Positions 44,629 to 53,981 of a stretch of 64,000 nt of DNA are shown in pieces (positions within the stretch are counted from its first letter, which is position 1; each line of letters begins with the position of its first letter). The DNA lies in contig CANMTO010000008.1 of NCBI GenBank assembly GCA_947500755.1, positions 1,380 to 65,379 on the forward strand. Direction: 5' to 3'. The position numbers and the translations under genes were made by a program. Source of the stretch: Flavobacteriales bacterium. GTDB taxonomy: Bacteria; Bacteroidota; Bacteroidia; Flavobacteriales_D; Crocinitomicaceae. The notes under the pieces are model-generated. The model had not been told where the DNA came from. It did not search any database and saw only the letters and a program-made list of their open reading frames with translations.

Positions 44629-46463
44629 GATTGAAAACTAAAATAATACCATATAAACAAGCTATTTGTATCCGTTCCATTGAGAAATGACTTTACTTCG
44701 CGCTCCAATTCAGGTGCCTTAAAAATCCCTTGCTCCTTAAGAAATCTTGGTTCGATGAAATCCAACAGTTCGGATTTTAAATATTCCCTCATCCATGCGG
44801 AAATTGGGATAGCGAATCCTTTTTTAGGTCCTTGCATCAAGGCAGGAGGAAGTAAATCGTGTGCAATATGTTTCAAAAGAATTTTTGTGTCTTTCCCATC
44901 ACATTTATAGTGATCAGGTACTTGCGCTAGGAACTCAAATAATTCATGATCTAAAAACGGTTCTCTACCCTCCAATCCAACAGCCATGGTAGCACGATCC
45001 ACTTTGTGTAGAATATCATTCGGAAGATAGTTGATGCTGTCGTTGAGTAACATGGTTGTCAGAGGCGATCTTCCTTGAAAAAAGGGCAGCTTTTCTGGAA
45101 TGTTTCGTTGGTTAATAAGCTTATTTAATTGGTCATTTGACATGGAGGTGTTCATGGCTTGCATGTACGACTCTACTGAAAAATCGCTCAGTAGGCGGGC
45201 GAATTTTTGAACACGTTGCGCTTTTAAACCAGACAGTCCAATGGCTTCGATGGAATTAGCGATGCTTGAACCTACCCAACTCGGCAGGTAACGAACCGCA
45301 CTCGGGATGCGAGAATAATAGAGGTGTCTGTTATACCCTGCAAATAATTCATCCCCTCCATCGGCACTCAAAGCTACCTTCACTGAATTGACCGCATGTT
45401 TTGATACAAGATATGTTGGGATGGCACTGCTATCTGCGAAGGGTTCGTCATAGATCGTGGGTAGCATCGGAATTACCTCCAATGCTTCATGTAAATCACA
45501 GGTAATTTCCGTATGGTCGGTGCCCAAGAAATCAGCGATTTGTTTCGCTTTAGGGCCCTCGTTTAAGCCGGCCTCAGGAACCGCCACTGTAAAGGTTTTA
45601 AGATCCTTGCGGGATTGGGTTAAAAGCGCTGCAGTAGTCGCTGAGTCATAGCCGCCTGAAAGAAATAAACCCACAGGAACATCTGACACCATGCGTAAAT
45701 TAATGGCATCAGACAGCAATTCGCGGGTCCTGATTTTAGCGGCATCAAAAGAAATGGAGCGGGTTTCCTTTTGAAAATTGGCCATGGGACTCCAAAACAC
45801 TTTTTTTTCAAGTCGAAGGGTATTGCAATCAATACTCACCATAGTTCCCGGTTCTACTTTGTAAGTATCCTTAAAAATGGAATGGGGCGAAGGGATATTG
45901 CCGTATTGAAAAAAATACCAAACACTATTTAAATCGAGCGATTTTTTAAATTGTGGATGGGTGTGAAATGGTTTTAATTCGCTTCCAAACAGCAACAAAT
46001 GATCATTAAGATAATAGTACAAGGGCTTAACGCCAAAGCGATCGCGAATTAGAAACAAGGTTTGTTCTACTCGATTAAAAAGAATGAGCGAGAACATGCC
46101 TTTGAATAAATTAAGGGCTTTACTATTCCACTTATGAAAAGCCAGGAGCACTACTTCACTGTCGGATTGCGTTCGAAATGAATACCCCGCCTTCACCAAT
46201 GTTTCTCTAATTTCTTGGTAATTATAGAGCTCGCCATTAAACACCATTGAAAGCTCCTCATAATGCATGGGCTGATTCGCAAAATCAGTGGTATCAATAA
46301 TGGAAAGCCTCCTATGGGCTAAACCTAAAGAAAACGTTTGGGAATCATAAAAATACTCCCCTCCTGCGTCGGGTCCTCGATGAATCAAAGAGTCTCGCAT
46401 ACCAAGGAGCACATCGGTAGAGGTGCGTTTGCTTAAATCAATAAATCCGGCGATTCCACACAT
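44607..46463 (-). CDS. asnB: Asparagine synthase (glutamine-hydrolysing) family amidotransferase
   Basis: N-terminal MCGIAGF (Ntn Cys); PP-loop FLSGGYDSATTAAL; 618 aa. Confidence 0.88.
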   Translation of the reverse strand: MCGIAGFIDLSKRTSTDVLLGMRDSLIHRGPDAGGEYFYDSQTFSLGLAHRRLSIIDTTDFANQPMHYEELSMVFNGELYNYQEIRETLVKAGYSFRTQSDSEVVLLAFHKWNSKALNLFKGMFSLILFNRVEQTLFLIRDRFGVKPLYYYLNDHLLLFGSELKPFHTHPQFKKSLDLNSVWYFFQYGNIPSPHSIFKDTYKVEPGTMVSIDCNTLRLEKKVFWSPMANFQKETRSISFDAAKIRTRELLSDAINLRMVSDVPVGLFLSGGYDSATTAALLTQSRKDLKTFTVAVPEAGLNEGPKAKQIADFLGTDHTEITCDLHEALEVIPMLPTIYDEPFADSSAIPTYLVSKHAVNSVKVALSADGGDELFAGYNRHLYYSRIPSAVRYLPSWVGSSIANSIEAIGLSGLKAQRVQKFARLLSDFSVESYMQAMNTSMSNDQLNKLINQRNIPEKLPFFQGRSPLTTMLLNDSINYLPNDILHKVDRATMAVGLEGREPFLDHELFEFLAQVPDHYKCDGKDTKILLKHIAHDLLPPALMQGPKKGFAIPISAWMREYLKSELLDFIEPRFLKEQGIFKAPELEREVKSFLNGTDTNSLFIWYYFSFQSWYKQWM

Positions 46464-47785
46464 CAGGTTGGGCTCGTCATTTGAGGTTTTCTAAGCGTTA
46501 GAAGCAGAAAGAAAAAAGGCAATACCAGGGCTCGAATCCGAACCAAAACACCAAAAAGGATGGAGGTATATCCGGCCATAAATGCGGTTAACAATACAAA
46601 GGTAAGCATGTAAATGGCAAATTCACTTTTAAACATAAAACGAAGGTTCTTTAACAGATGTCGATTTAAAAAAAACAACCCTGTAAAAAAGAGAAGGGCG
46701 ACACTTTCAAGTCCGTTCACGATGAAATTCAGTCCTACGTTTTCTGTAATAAATGGGCGATAAAGGGCAATAAATACGGCTTGAGGGAGGGCAGCTACCA
46801 AGCCCAAAATTGATCCGTCGGATTGGTTTATTTCATATTTGGCTCCAGTATAAATTGGGTTATCACTAAAATCGGACTGGGTAATTTGTGCTTCTTGAAT
46901 CAGTACTTGGGTTCGATCTAAATTTGCGATCACAACAAATATAAGCACCAGCGATACATATACAAACCCTCGAAAAAGAAGTAAGATAAGCGGGCGCTTC
47001 GACCACCGATTGGCATAACGAGCGACTATCGCTAAGAAAAACGGAGCAATGATGGCCAAGGCAACAAACTGTCTTAGGCTGAACAGCAAGGCGCTTATTA
47101 CGACCATAAAAAGTAAACGAAAAACCGTTCGCTTTGGATCCCATTTTAACCAACGGAACAATTGATACATTAACAGTAAGGAAAGCGTATACACCTGACT
47201 GTCCTTGCTAATCCCCGAGCACCAAAACGTAACGGAGGGGAAAAATAAAAATGCAAAGAGTACGGCCTTTATGTTTAAATTCTCGTGGGTAATTATTCGA
47301 TAAACCATCAACCAAGAACTAAAAAAAACAACTGACGCCACTACAAGCGTTGTTGCCCAGAAGCTGTTGAAGGTAAGAATAGAAAAAACTGATAAGATCT
47401 TTGCTGCATTCCATGCCTCCGGTTCACGCCAAATCCAACCAGGAGGATACCCCGTACCTTGATTAAAACGGTAGGTAACGCCTAGAAGTCTGTCAGTATT
47501 GATCACTTCCTGAACATAGCCCATCGGATTATTTAAAAACAACTTATTTAATACGGTAGCACTGTCCCAATAGGCATTGATGTCCCCGCCTCCAAGAATG
47601 AACAAATAGATTAAGGCAAAAATTAGGGCAAAAAATATTTTAAACCCCCATCCCGCATAAAAATATCGATGAATACGCTCATGGTAATATCGATTGCGTA
47701 TCAATCTCCCGATCCAGAACAAAATTATGATCCACAGCACTACAGTTAAGCCCTCTGCAATGGAAAATAGTTGCCCTTGATTCAT
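46463..47785 (-). CDS. Polytopic membrane protein (about 11-12 TM), possibly a Wzy/EpsG-like glycan polymerase
   Basis: 440 aa and strongly hydrophobic throughout. The stop overlaps the asnB ATG (TGATG). The function is inferred from context only. Confidence 0.55.
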   Translation of the reverse strand: MNQGQLFSIAEGLTVVLWIIILFWIGRLIRNRYYHERIHRYFYAGWGFKIFFALIFALIYLFILGGGDINAYWDSATVLNKLFLNNPMGYVQEVINTDRLLGVTYRFNQGTGYPPGWIWREPEAWNAAKILSVFSILTFNSFWATTLVVASVVFFSSWLMVYRIITHENLNIKAVLFAFLFFPSVTFWCSGISKDSQVYTLSLLLMYQLFRWLKWDPKRTVFRLLFMVVISALLFSLRQFVALAIIAPFFLAIVARYANRWSKRPLILLLFRGFVYVSLVLIFVVIANLDRTQVLIQEAQITQSDFSDNPIYTGAKYEINQSDGSILGLVAALPQAVFIALYRPFITENVGLNFIVNGLESVALLFFTGLFFLNRHLLKNLRFMFKSEFAIYMLTFVLLTAFMAGYTSILFGVLVRIRALVLPFFFLLLTLRKPQMTSPT

Positions 47786-47806
47786 GTGGATAAAGTTAAT
47801 AAACCA

Positions 47807-48280
47807 TCAAGAATGGTGGTAACTTTCGCCTTTATTTATGGTGCATGCTCGGTATAATTGTTCTAAAAATATCATGCGGACCATTTGATGAGAAAAGGTC
47901 ATGGAAGACAATGCAATCTTCCCATTGGCGCGGGCATATACTGCATCGGAAAATCCAAAGGCACCCCCGATACAAAAGGTTATTTTTTTAACACTGTGTA
48001 ATTCATGATTGGCAAGTAGTAGAGCAAATCCTTCCGAGGTATAGCTCGTACCTTTTTCATCCAGTAAAATTACATGCTGATCGTCGGATAATTTAGACAA
48101 CAAAGCCTGGCCTTCTTTCTCTTTAAGTTGTGCCGGGGTTAAGGATGATGCTTGCTTAACATCGGGGAGCTCTGTGCGCTCATAACTCACATAATGAACC
48201 AGGCGTTTTTCATAGGTTTGCTCTAACTCTTTGAGGGCATTGGACACCGTTTTCCCAATGAACATCAATCGCACCTTCAT
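47807..48280 (-). CDS. rlmH: 23S rRNA (pseudouridine1915-N3)-methyltransferase RlmH
   Basis: 157 aa SPOUT fold; MKVRLMFIGKT...ITFCIGGAFG...SSMTFSHQMVRMIFLEQLYRA. Confidence 0.9.
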   Translation of the reverse strand: MKVRLMFIGKTVSNALKELEQTYEKRLVHYVSYERTELPDVKQASSLTPAQLKEKEGQALLSKLSDDQHVILLDEKGTSYTSEGFALLLANHELHSVKKITFCIGGAFGFSDAVYARANGKIALSSMTFSHQMVRMIFLEQLYRACTINKGESYHHS

Positions 48281-48281
48281 G

Positions 48282-50195
48282 TTAGCGACCTGTTCTAACT
48301 TCCTTTAACGTATTGAAGAAGATAATTCCGTAACCAAAGGCCAACATCAAATGAAAAGGAACCATTCCAAAATCGCCAAATGCTAAACGATTTAATGCGG
48401 TAAATCCGAAAATCAACATAAAGGAGCCTTCGGCGATATTTAGGATCGAGAGGCTTTTTTTGTCGTATTTGTTACCAGTAAACTCATCTTTTTGAGCCAC
48501 ATTGAATTTCGGAGTGCGCACAAATGAACTTTTTATCCGTAAATACCCTTCAATCACTGCGACCGCATTGCTCATAGACAATGCCATAGATACCGTCAAG
48601 AACTGAACAAAACGCTTAATGAATTTAAACAAATCGTTCCAAAATCTCCCGGTTTTATCTCGGTAAGAATTCCAATAATAGAAGGCAAGGAATACGGTAC
48701 TTGAAATGAAAAATGCACCAAATTGAACGAAATAATTCAAATCAGAAAAAGAATCCTTGATGTGCAGAATAAATAAACTTAGAATGGATAAGATTAAGAT
48801 GAAAACAAACACCGAGGAGTTAAATAAATGGGCCATTCCATGCACTCGATCCGAAAATCTTACCCCGGGATGTGTAAGTAATTTACCCCGCATTTTAATA
48901 AAGCACTCTGCCCCACCTTTCATCCAGCGATGTTGTTGACTTTTTAATGCAGACATAGTAATTGGCAATTCTGCCGGCGATTCCACCTCTTCTAAATAAG
49001 TGAATTTCCAACCCCTCATTTGCGCACGGTAGCTCAAATCTAAATCCTCTGTAATGGTATCATGTTCCCATCCACCTGCATCTTCAATGCATTTTTTCCT
49101 CCAAATCCCTGCAGTACCATTAAAATTTATAAAGTGGCCAGTAGAATTTCTTCCTTGCTGTTCAATCGCAAAATGACCATTTAATCCAAAGGCTTGAAGT
49201 TCTGTTAGTAGGGAATATGATTTATTCAAGTGACCCCAACGCGTCTGAACGACCCCAACTTGTTCATTATTGAAGTAGGGAACTGTGCGTAATAAGAAAT
49301 TTTCATCTGGAACAAAATCAGCGTCAAAAATCGCAATGAAGTCACCTGTAACACGGTCCATTGCATCATCCAGTGCTCCCGCCTTATACCCTGTTCGATC
49401 CACGCGATGAATATGCTGAATATCTACCCCCGTAGCAGCAATTTCCGCCACTTTTTTCGCGATAATTTCTTTGGTTTCATCCGTGGAGTCATCCAATACC
49501 TGAATTTGAAACTTATCTTTTGGATAGGCCAAGCGGGCGGTGGTTTCAATAATTCGCTCCGCAACATACATTTCATTATACATGGGAAGCTGTATCGTAA
49601 CTTTCGGCGCGTGCTCTAAATCAAAAGCGGGCATTGGTAATTTTGGCAATCGCTTAGATTTTCTGTATGCTATAGCTAACAAAAGTTGGATGACACTGTA
49701 ATAAAAAATCATAAATAAACATAGGCCGTAGATAACCAAAATAACCCTTGCCATCATGTGAGACCAATAATGTTCTTGGACCACTTTTTTACCATTTACC
49801 ACCGTGGTTCTATCTCCCCAATTGAATAACCATGTTACTTTCAAACGGGCACTAAAGGGTTGAGTTTTACTAAACGTATAGTGCTCTAAATGTTCTTTTA
49901 CATTGGTTTTAAATACCTTCAGGGTATCATTTCGATAGTCTTTGTCCGCAAGAATTAATATGCTTTCCCCTATGGGAACATTATTAAAGGTAAAAACCCC
50001 ACGTTGCGTTTCTGCTTTAAATCGTTCACCCGTTTCTTTTGATACCAACAACAAAGAAACCTCATCGACATCCCTTCGTGTTTTAAAATCAACCAAATAT
50101 CCTTTGATTAATTTCGATCTTAACCTCATGGTAGAAGCAAGTGTGTCCTGATTAAAGGCAATTATCAGTAGGCTGAATAAAAGTAATTTTTTCAT
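48282..50195 (-). CDS. Processive family-2 glycosyltransferase (cellulose/hyaluronan-synthase-like) with an N-terminal periplasmic carboxypeptidase-regulatory-like domain
   Basis: ATG 50195 gives MKKLLLFSLLIIAFNQDTLA. GT2 motifs LDDSTDET, IFDADF, TEDLDLS and QQHRWMKG (QxxRW). One TM lies before the GT2 domain and about 4 lie after it. Confidence 0.8.
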   Translation of the reverse strand: MKKLLLFSLLIIAFNQDTLASTMRLRSKLIKGYLVDFKTRRDVDEVSLLLVSKETGERFKAETQRGVFTFNNVPIGESILILADKDYRNDTLKVFKTNVKEHLEHYTFSKTQPFSARLKVTWLFNWGDRTTVVNGKKVVQEHYWSHMMARVILVIYGLCLFMIFYYSVIQLLLAIAYRKSKRLPKLPMPAFDLEHAPKVTIQLPMYNEMYVAERIIETTARLAYPKDKFQIQVLDDSTDETKEIIAKKVAEIAATGVDIQHIHRVDRTGYKAGALDDAMDRVTGDFIAIFDADFVPDENFLLRTVPYFNNEQVGVVQTRWGHLNKSYSLLTELQAFGLNGHFAIEQQGRNSTGHFINFNGTAGIWRKKCIEDAGGWEHDTITEDLDLSYRAQMRGWKFTYLEEVESPAELPITMSALKSQQHRWMKGGAECFIKMRGKLLTHPGVRFSDRVHGMAHLFNSSVFVFILILSILSLFILHIKDSFSDLNYFVQFGAFFISSTVFLAFYYWNSYRDKTGRFWNDLFKFIKRFVQFLTVSMALSMSNAVAVIEGYLRIKSSFVRTPKFNVAQKDEFTGNKYDKKSLSILNIAEGSFMLIFGFTALNRLAFGDFGMVPFHLMLAFGYGIIFFNTLKEVRTGR

Positions 50196-50238
50196 ATTAA
50201 ACTTATGGAGCAGGTTGATTTCAAGGAACAAAGATAAA

Positions 50239-52371
50239 TTAATCTTTGATTAAAGTCATTTCATTCACTAAATGTGTTGCCCCGGCATAGATGTCCATCA
50301 CCCAAAGCACGTAGCGAATGTCCACTACAATATTCCGACAACGGTTCGGATCAAACAAATAATCACTCATGGTACTTTCCCAGGATCGGTCAAAGTTCAA
50401 ACCCATCAAATTCCCTTTTTCATCTAACACTGGAGAACCTGAATTTCCTCCAGTGGTGTGATTTGAACCTGTGAAACACACCCATAATTCGCCGTCTTGC
50501 GCATAGGGTCCATAGGTTTTATTGGATGCCAATTCGAACATTCTTGGCAATAATTCAAAATCCGGATTTCCAGTACTGTTTTTAGCAATCATCCCATCCA
50601 GCGTAGTATGTTCGGTATAGGCCATGCCATCTACTGGGGAAGACCCTTCCAGTTGTCCGTATGTAATACGCAAGGTTGAATTGGCATCTGGCCAATGTTT
50701 TTCATTAGGAAACATGATATATTTACCCTCTACGTAGCGCTGCATCAAGGGGGTGATTTTAGCCTGGTATTGCTTAAAGGCTGGGGCCACCTCTTGCACG
50801 AATACCGGATAATAGGTATTGTAAAAAATGTAGGCAGGGTCTTTAATTAGTTTCTTAGCAGAGTTATTTGAAAAGGATGTTACAAATTGAATAAACCGCG
50901 TAGAATCTGTAAAAATTGATTTGGCGTAAATATTGCCTGAGAGTACCGCAACATTAATCACGCTCCAATTCTTGTTCGTTGCAATTTCAGACCGTTGATA
51001 TTGAAGGGTTAGTGCGTTGAACATGGATTGATCTACTGCACTGTTATAGTTTTTAAAAAACGCTCGTGCACTGGCAATTAATTTACTCTTTTCAGCAGAA
51101 AATACCTCGGGAGAGGTTCCCGTATTCGAAGCGTTCAATAGCTCACTCGAAGCTTTTATCATTTTAAAAAATTCAGGACCGTAGAAAAAATATTCAACCC
51201 CCATGGCATAGCGGTACTCTTTTTCAGAATTATTCTTTACATACTGATTCAATGAATCTAAGACATTGGTATATTTTTTCCATTCTGGATTAGATTCGGC
51301 CGTTTTTCTATATGCCGCTTCCTCGCGTTGTTTGACCGCAACACCGTCTAAATTTTTCAAGCCTACCACCTGTCCAATCCATTTTTTCCAAGCATTGGCT
51401 ATGGATGCTTGCTTGGCGGAATATTGAATGCGAACCAAATCAGATGATTGCATACCAGCATCAATAGCAGCTAAACTTTCATCCCGCATTGCAATGCGGG
51501 CCGGACGTTCTTTTTCAATAATAAATTTCAAATATTCAGAAACCACGTGCTGTTCGGTAACACCAGGAAATCCGTACACCATGGTAAAATCTCCTTCTTT
51601 GCGGTCCTTGAATGAAATGTTTAAATACTGAATTGGCGTGTATGGAACATTATCCGCTGAATATGAGGCTGGTTTATTATCCGGTCCAGCATAAATTCTA
51701 AATACCGAGAAATCTCCAGTATGTCTTGGCCAAACCCAATTATCGGTATCTCCCCCAAATTTTCCAATAGAATTAGGAGGAGTACCTACAAACCGAATGT
51801 CTTTAAACACTTCTTTTACCATCAAGTAATAGGCATTTCCATAATCAAATGCTTTAACTTCAGCCTCATAATGTGTTCCTTCGATGGCTGTTTTTACGAT
51901 TGCATCGATGTTTGCTGCGATGACCGCTCGGTCCTGTTTTCCTTGCGCATTCAGTAATACCAAGGCGGTAACATCTTCGATCCGAACGATGCGTGTTGCA
52001 GTTAGGCCAGGATTGGTTAATTCATCTTTTTTTTCTTTTGCCCAAAATCCATTTTTCAGGTAGTCGTGTTCCAAACTGGAATGTGACTGAATTTGAGAAT
52101 ACCCGCAGTGATGATTGGTCAACAAAAGCCCTTGACTTGAAACCAATTCAGCGGTACAGCCACCGCCAAACTGAAAAATAGCATCTTTTAAACTGGCATG
52201 GTTTACACTGTATATTTGGTCAGCGGTCAACTTCATCCCCCGCGCTTGCATATCCGATTCAAAGGCTTTAATAAGCAATGGAATAAGCATGCCTTCATCC
52301 GCCCGAACGGATCCGAAAAGGATTGTAAAAGAAAATAAAAGGGTGAAGAATTTCAATTTCATGTGAATCAT
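50239..52371 (-). CDS. S46 family dipeptidyl-peptidase (DPP7/DPP11-like)
   Basis: GGCTAELVSSQGLLLTNHHCG (His) and GGNSGSPVLDEKGNLMGLNFD (Ser); 710 aa with a signal peptide. Confidence 0.88.
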   Translation of the reverse strand: MIHMKLKFFTLLFSFTILFGSVRADEGMLIPLLIKAFESDMQARGMKLTADQIYSVNHASLKDAIFQFGGGCTAELVSSQGLLLTNHHCGYSQIQSHSSLEHDYLKNGFWAKEKKDELTNPGLTATRIVRIEDVTALVLLNAQGKQDRAVIAANIDAIVKTAIEGTHYEAEVKAFDYGNAYYLMVKEVFKDIRFVGTPPNSIGKFGGDTDNWVWPRHTGDFSVFRIYAGPDNKPASYSADNVPYTPIQYLNISFKDRKEGDFTMVYGFPGVTEQHVVSEYLKFIIEKERPARIAMRDESLAAIDAGMQSSDLVRIQYSAKQASIANAWKKWIGQVVGLKNLDGVAVKQREEAAYRKTAESNPEWKKYTNVLDSLNQYVKNNSEKEYRYAMGVEYFFYGPEFFKMIKASSELLNASNTGTSPEVFSAEKSKLIASARAFFKNYNSAVDQSMFNALTLQYQRSEIATNKNWSVINVAVLSGNIYAKSIFTDSTRFIQFVTSFSNNSAKKLIKDPAYIFYNTYYPVFVQEVAPAFKQYQAKITPLMQRYVEGKYIMFPNEKHWPDANSTLRITYGQLEGSSPVDGMAYTEHTTLDGMIAKNSTGNPDFELLPRMFELASNKTYGPYAQDGELWVCFTGSNHTTGGNSGSPVLDEKGNLMGLNFDRSWESTMSDYLFDPNRCRNIVVDIRYVLWVMDIYAGATHLVNEMTLIKD

Positions 52372-52437
52372 TTTCCCAAAAGTACTTCAAAAGTTTAAAA
52401 TCCACGTTTATTTGGATTGCTTACCTTTGCGCTTCAA

Positions 52438-53370
52438 ATGATGAAGGTACTTACAGGTTTAGCAGCACTTCCGATCTTACGGAATCCTATAGTGACACTG
52501 GGCACATATGATGGGGTGCACATCGGACATCGGAGTATTCTGACAAAGCTTATTAGCAAAGCAAAGGAAACGGGGAAAGACAGCATGCTTATCACCTTTG
52601 ATCCGCATCCTAGACAGGCCTTGGGATTAGGAGAAATCTCTTTACTCAGCGCACTGGATGAAAAGATTGAGCTCCTTTCGGAAACTGGATTAGATTACCT
52701 TTTGATTTTACCATTTACCAAAGAATTCTCCACACAAGGCGCGAACGACTTTATCACCAATGTTTTAATTGAGCAACTAAACATCTCAGAAATAATGTTG
52801 GGTTACGATCATAAATTCGGGCATAATCGGGAAGGCGATGTTACCTTGTTGGCGAATGTACTTACCAAAACCAACCGATTTGTCACTGAAATTCCCGCCC
52901 AAGATGTGGATGAGATTATCGTAAGTTCAACAAAAATTAGAGCGGCCTTAATTCAAGGGGAAGTTGAAAGAGCCAATCGCTTATTGGGATATAATTACCA
53001 AATTAATGGAAAGGTAGTAACGGGAAATCAGCTAGGAAGAACAATTGGATTTCCTACGGCTAACATTGAACCAACAAACCCCTCAAAACTAATTCCGGGA
53101 GACGGGGTTTACGCAGTAAAATTTTGGGTAAAAGACAGCACGCATATGGGGATGATGAATATTGGCGTACGGCCAACGGTAAGTAATTCAAAACACCGCG
53201 TAATCGAAGTACACTTATTTGATTTTAATGCGGACATTTACGGAGAATCTGTGCGCATTACCGTATGTAACCACATCCGCGGGGAGCAGGTGTTTTCAGG
53301 TCTTGAAGCGTTAACAGAGCAATTAAAAAAAGATGAAGTCGATTCTCGTAGGTATTTCGCTAGTTTGTAG
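52438..53370 (+). CDS. ribF: Bifunctional riboflavin kinase / FAD synthetase
   Basis: LGTYDGVHIGHRSIL, ITFDPHP, GFPTANI, EVHLFDF; ATG 52438 (MMKVLTG). Confidence 0.92.
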   Translation: MMKVLTGLAALPILRNPIVTLGTYDGVHIGHRSILTKLISKAKETGKDSMLITFDPHPRQALGLGEISLLSALDEKIELLSETGLDYLLILPFTKEFSTQGANDFITNVLIEQLNISEIMLGYDHKFGHNREGDVTLLANVLTKTNRFVTEIPAQDVDEIIVSSTKIRAALIQGEVERANRLLGYNYQINGKVVTGNQLGRTIGFPTANIEPTNPSKLIPGDGVYAVKFWVKDSTHMGMMNIGVRPTVSNSKHRVIEVHLFDFNADIYGESVRITVCNHIRGEQVFSGLEALTEQLKKDEVDSRRYFASL

Positions 53371-53905
53371 TGTTTTGTTGTTTGGACAACAAACAAAGCA
53401 TAATTTCACGCTAGCTGAGTTGAATCAAGCAAACCCAGACAGCGTCTTCTCCATTGATTTAAGTCGTGAAAAACTCACAACCATTCCCGCAGAAGTCTAT
53501 CGATTTACCAAAATAAAGACCTTAAATCTTACGAAGAATAAAATTGAATTCTTGGGAGACTCTTTGCGTATTTTTCAAGAACTAGAGCACCTAAACCTAA
53601 CTAAAAACAAACTCTTTGCGATTCCTTATGTAGTATTTCAAATGGGTGCGCTTAAAGCGTTATTGCTGGCGGAAAACCACATAGAGATAATCCCAAATGA
53701 AATTGAACAATTGACACAATTGGAGGTCTTGGACTTATATGACAACGCGGTAAATTCCATATCTCCTCGCTTGAAAGAACTACCGAACTTAAAACGCTTA
53801 GACATTCAAGGCGTCATGTATAATCATGAATTTCACAAGCAATTGGTAAATGATTTCAAGCATTGTACCTTGTTTTTAGATCCCCCTTGTTCTTGCATGG
53901 ATTGA
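53333..53905 (+). CDS. Secreted leucine-rich repeat protein
   Basis: Signal peptide MKSILVGISLVCSVLLFGQQ; LRRs such as LNLTKNKIEFL, LNLTKNKLFAIP, LLLAENHIEIIP, LDLYDNAVNSI. Confidence 0.8.
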   Translation: MKSILVGISLVCSVLLFGQQTKHNFTLAELNQANPDSVFSIDLSREKLTTIPAEVYRFTKIKTLNLTKNKIEFLGDSLRIFQELEHLNLTKNKLFAIPYVVFQMGALKALLLAENHIEIIPNEIEQLTQLEVLDLYDNAVNSISPRLKELPNLKRLDIQGVMYNHEFHKQLVNDFKHCTLFLDPPCSCMD

Positions 53906-53981
53906 ATTATTAACAATTCCATATAGAAATTTATCCGGAAATAAACAGAGCCGAAATAAAGAATCGTATTAACTTTAGACT

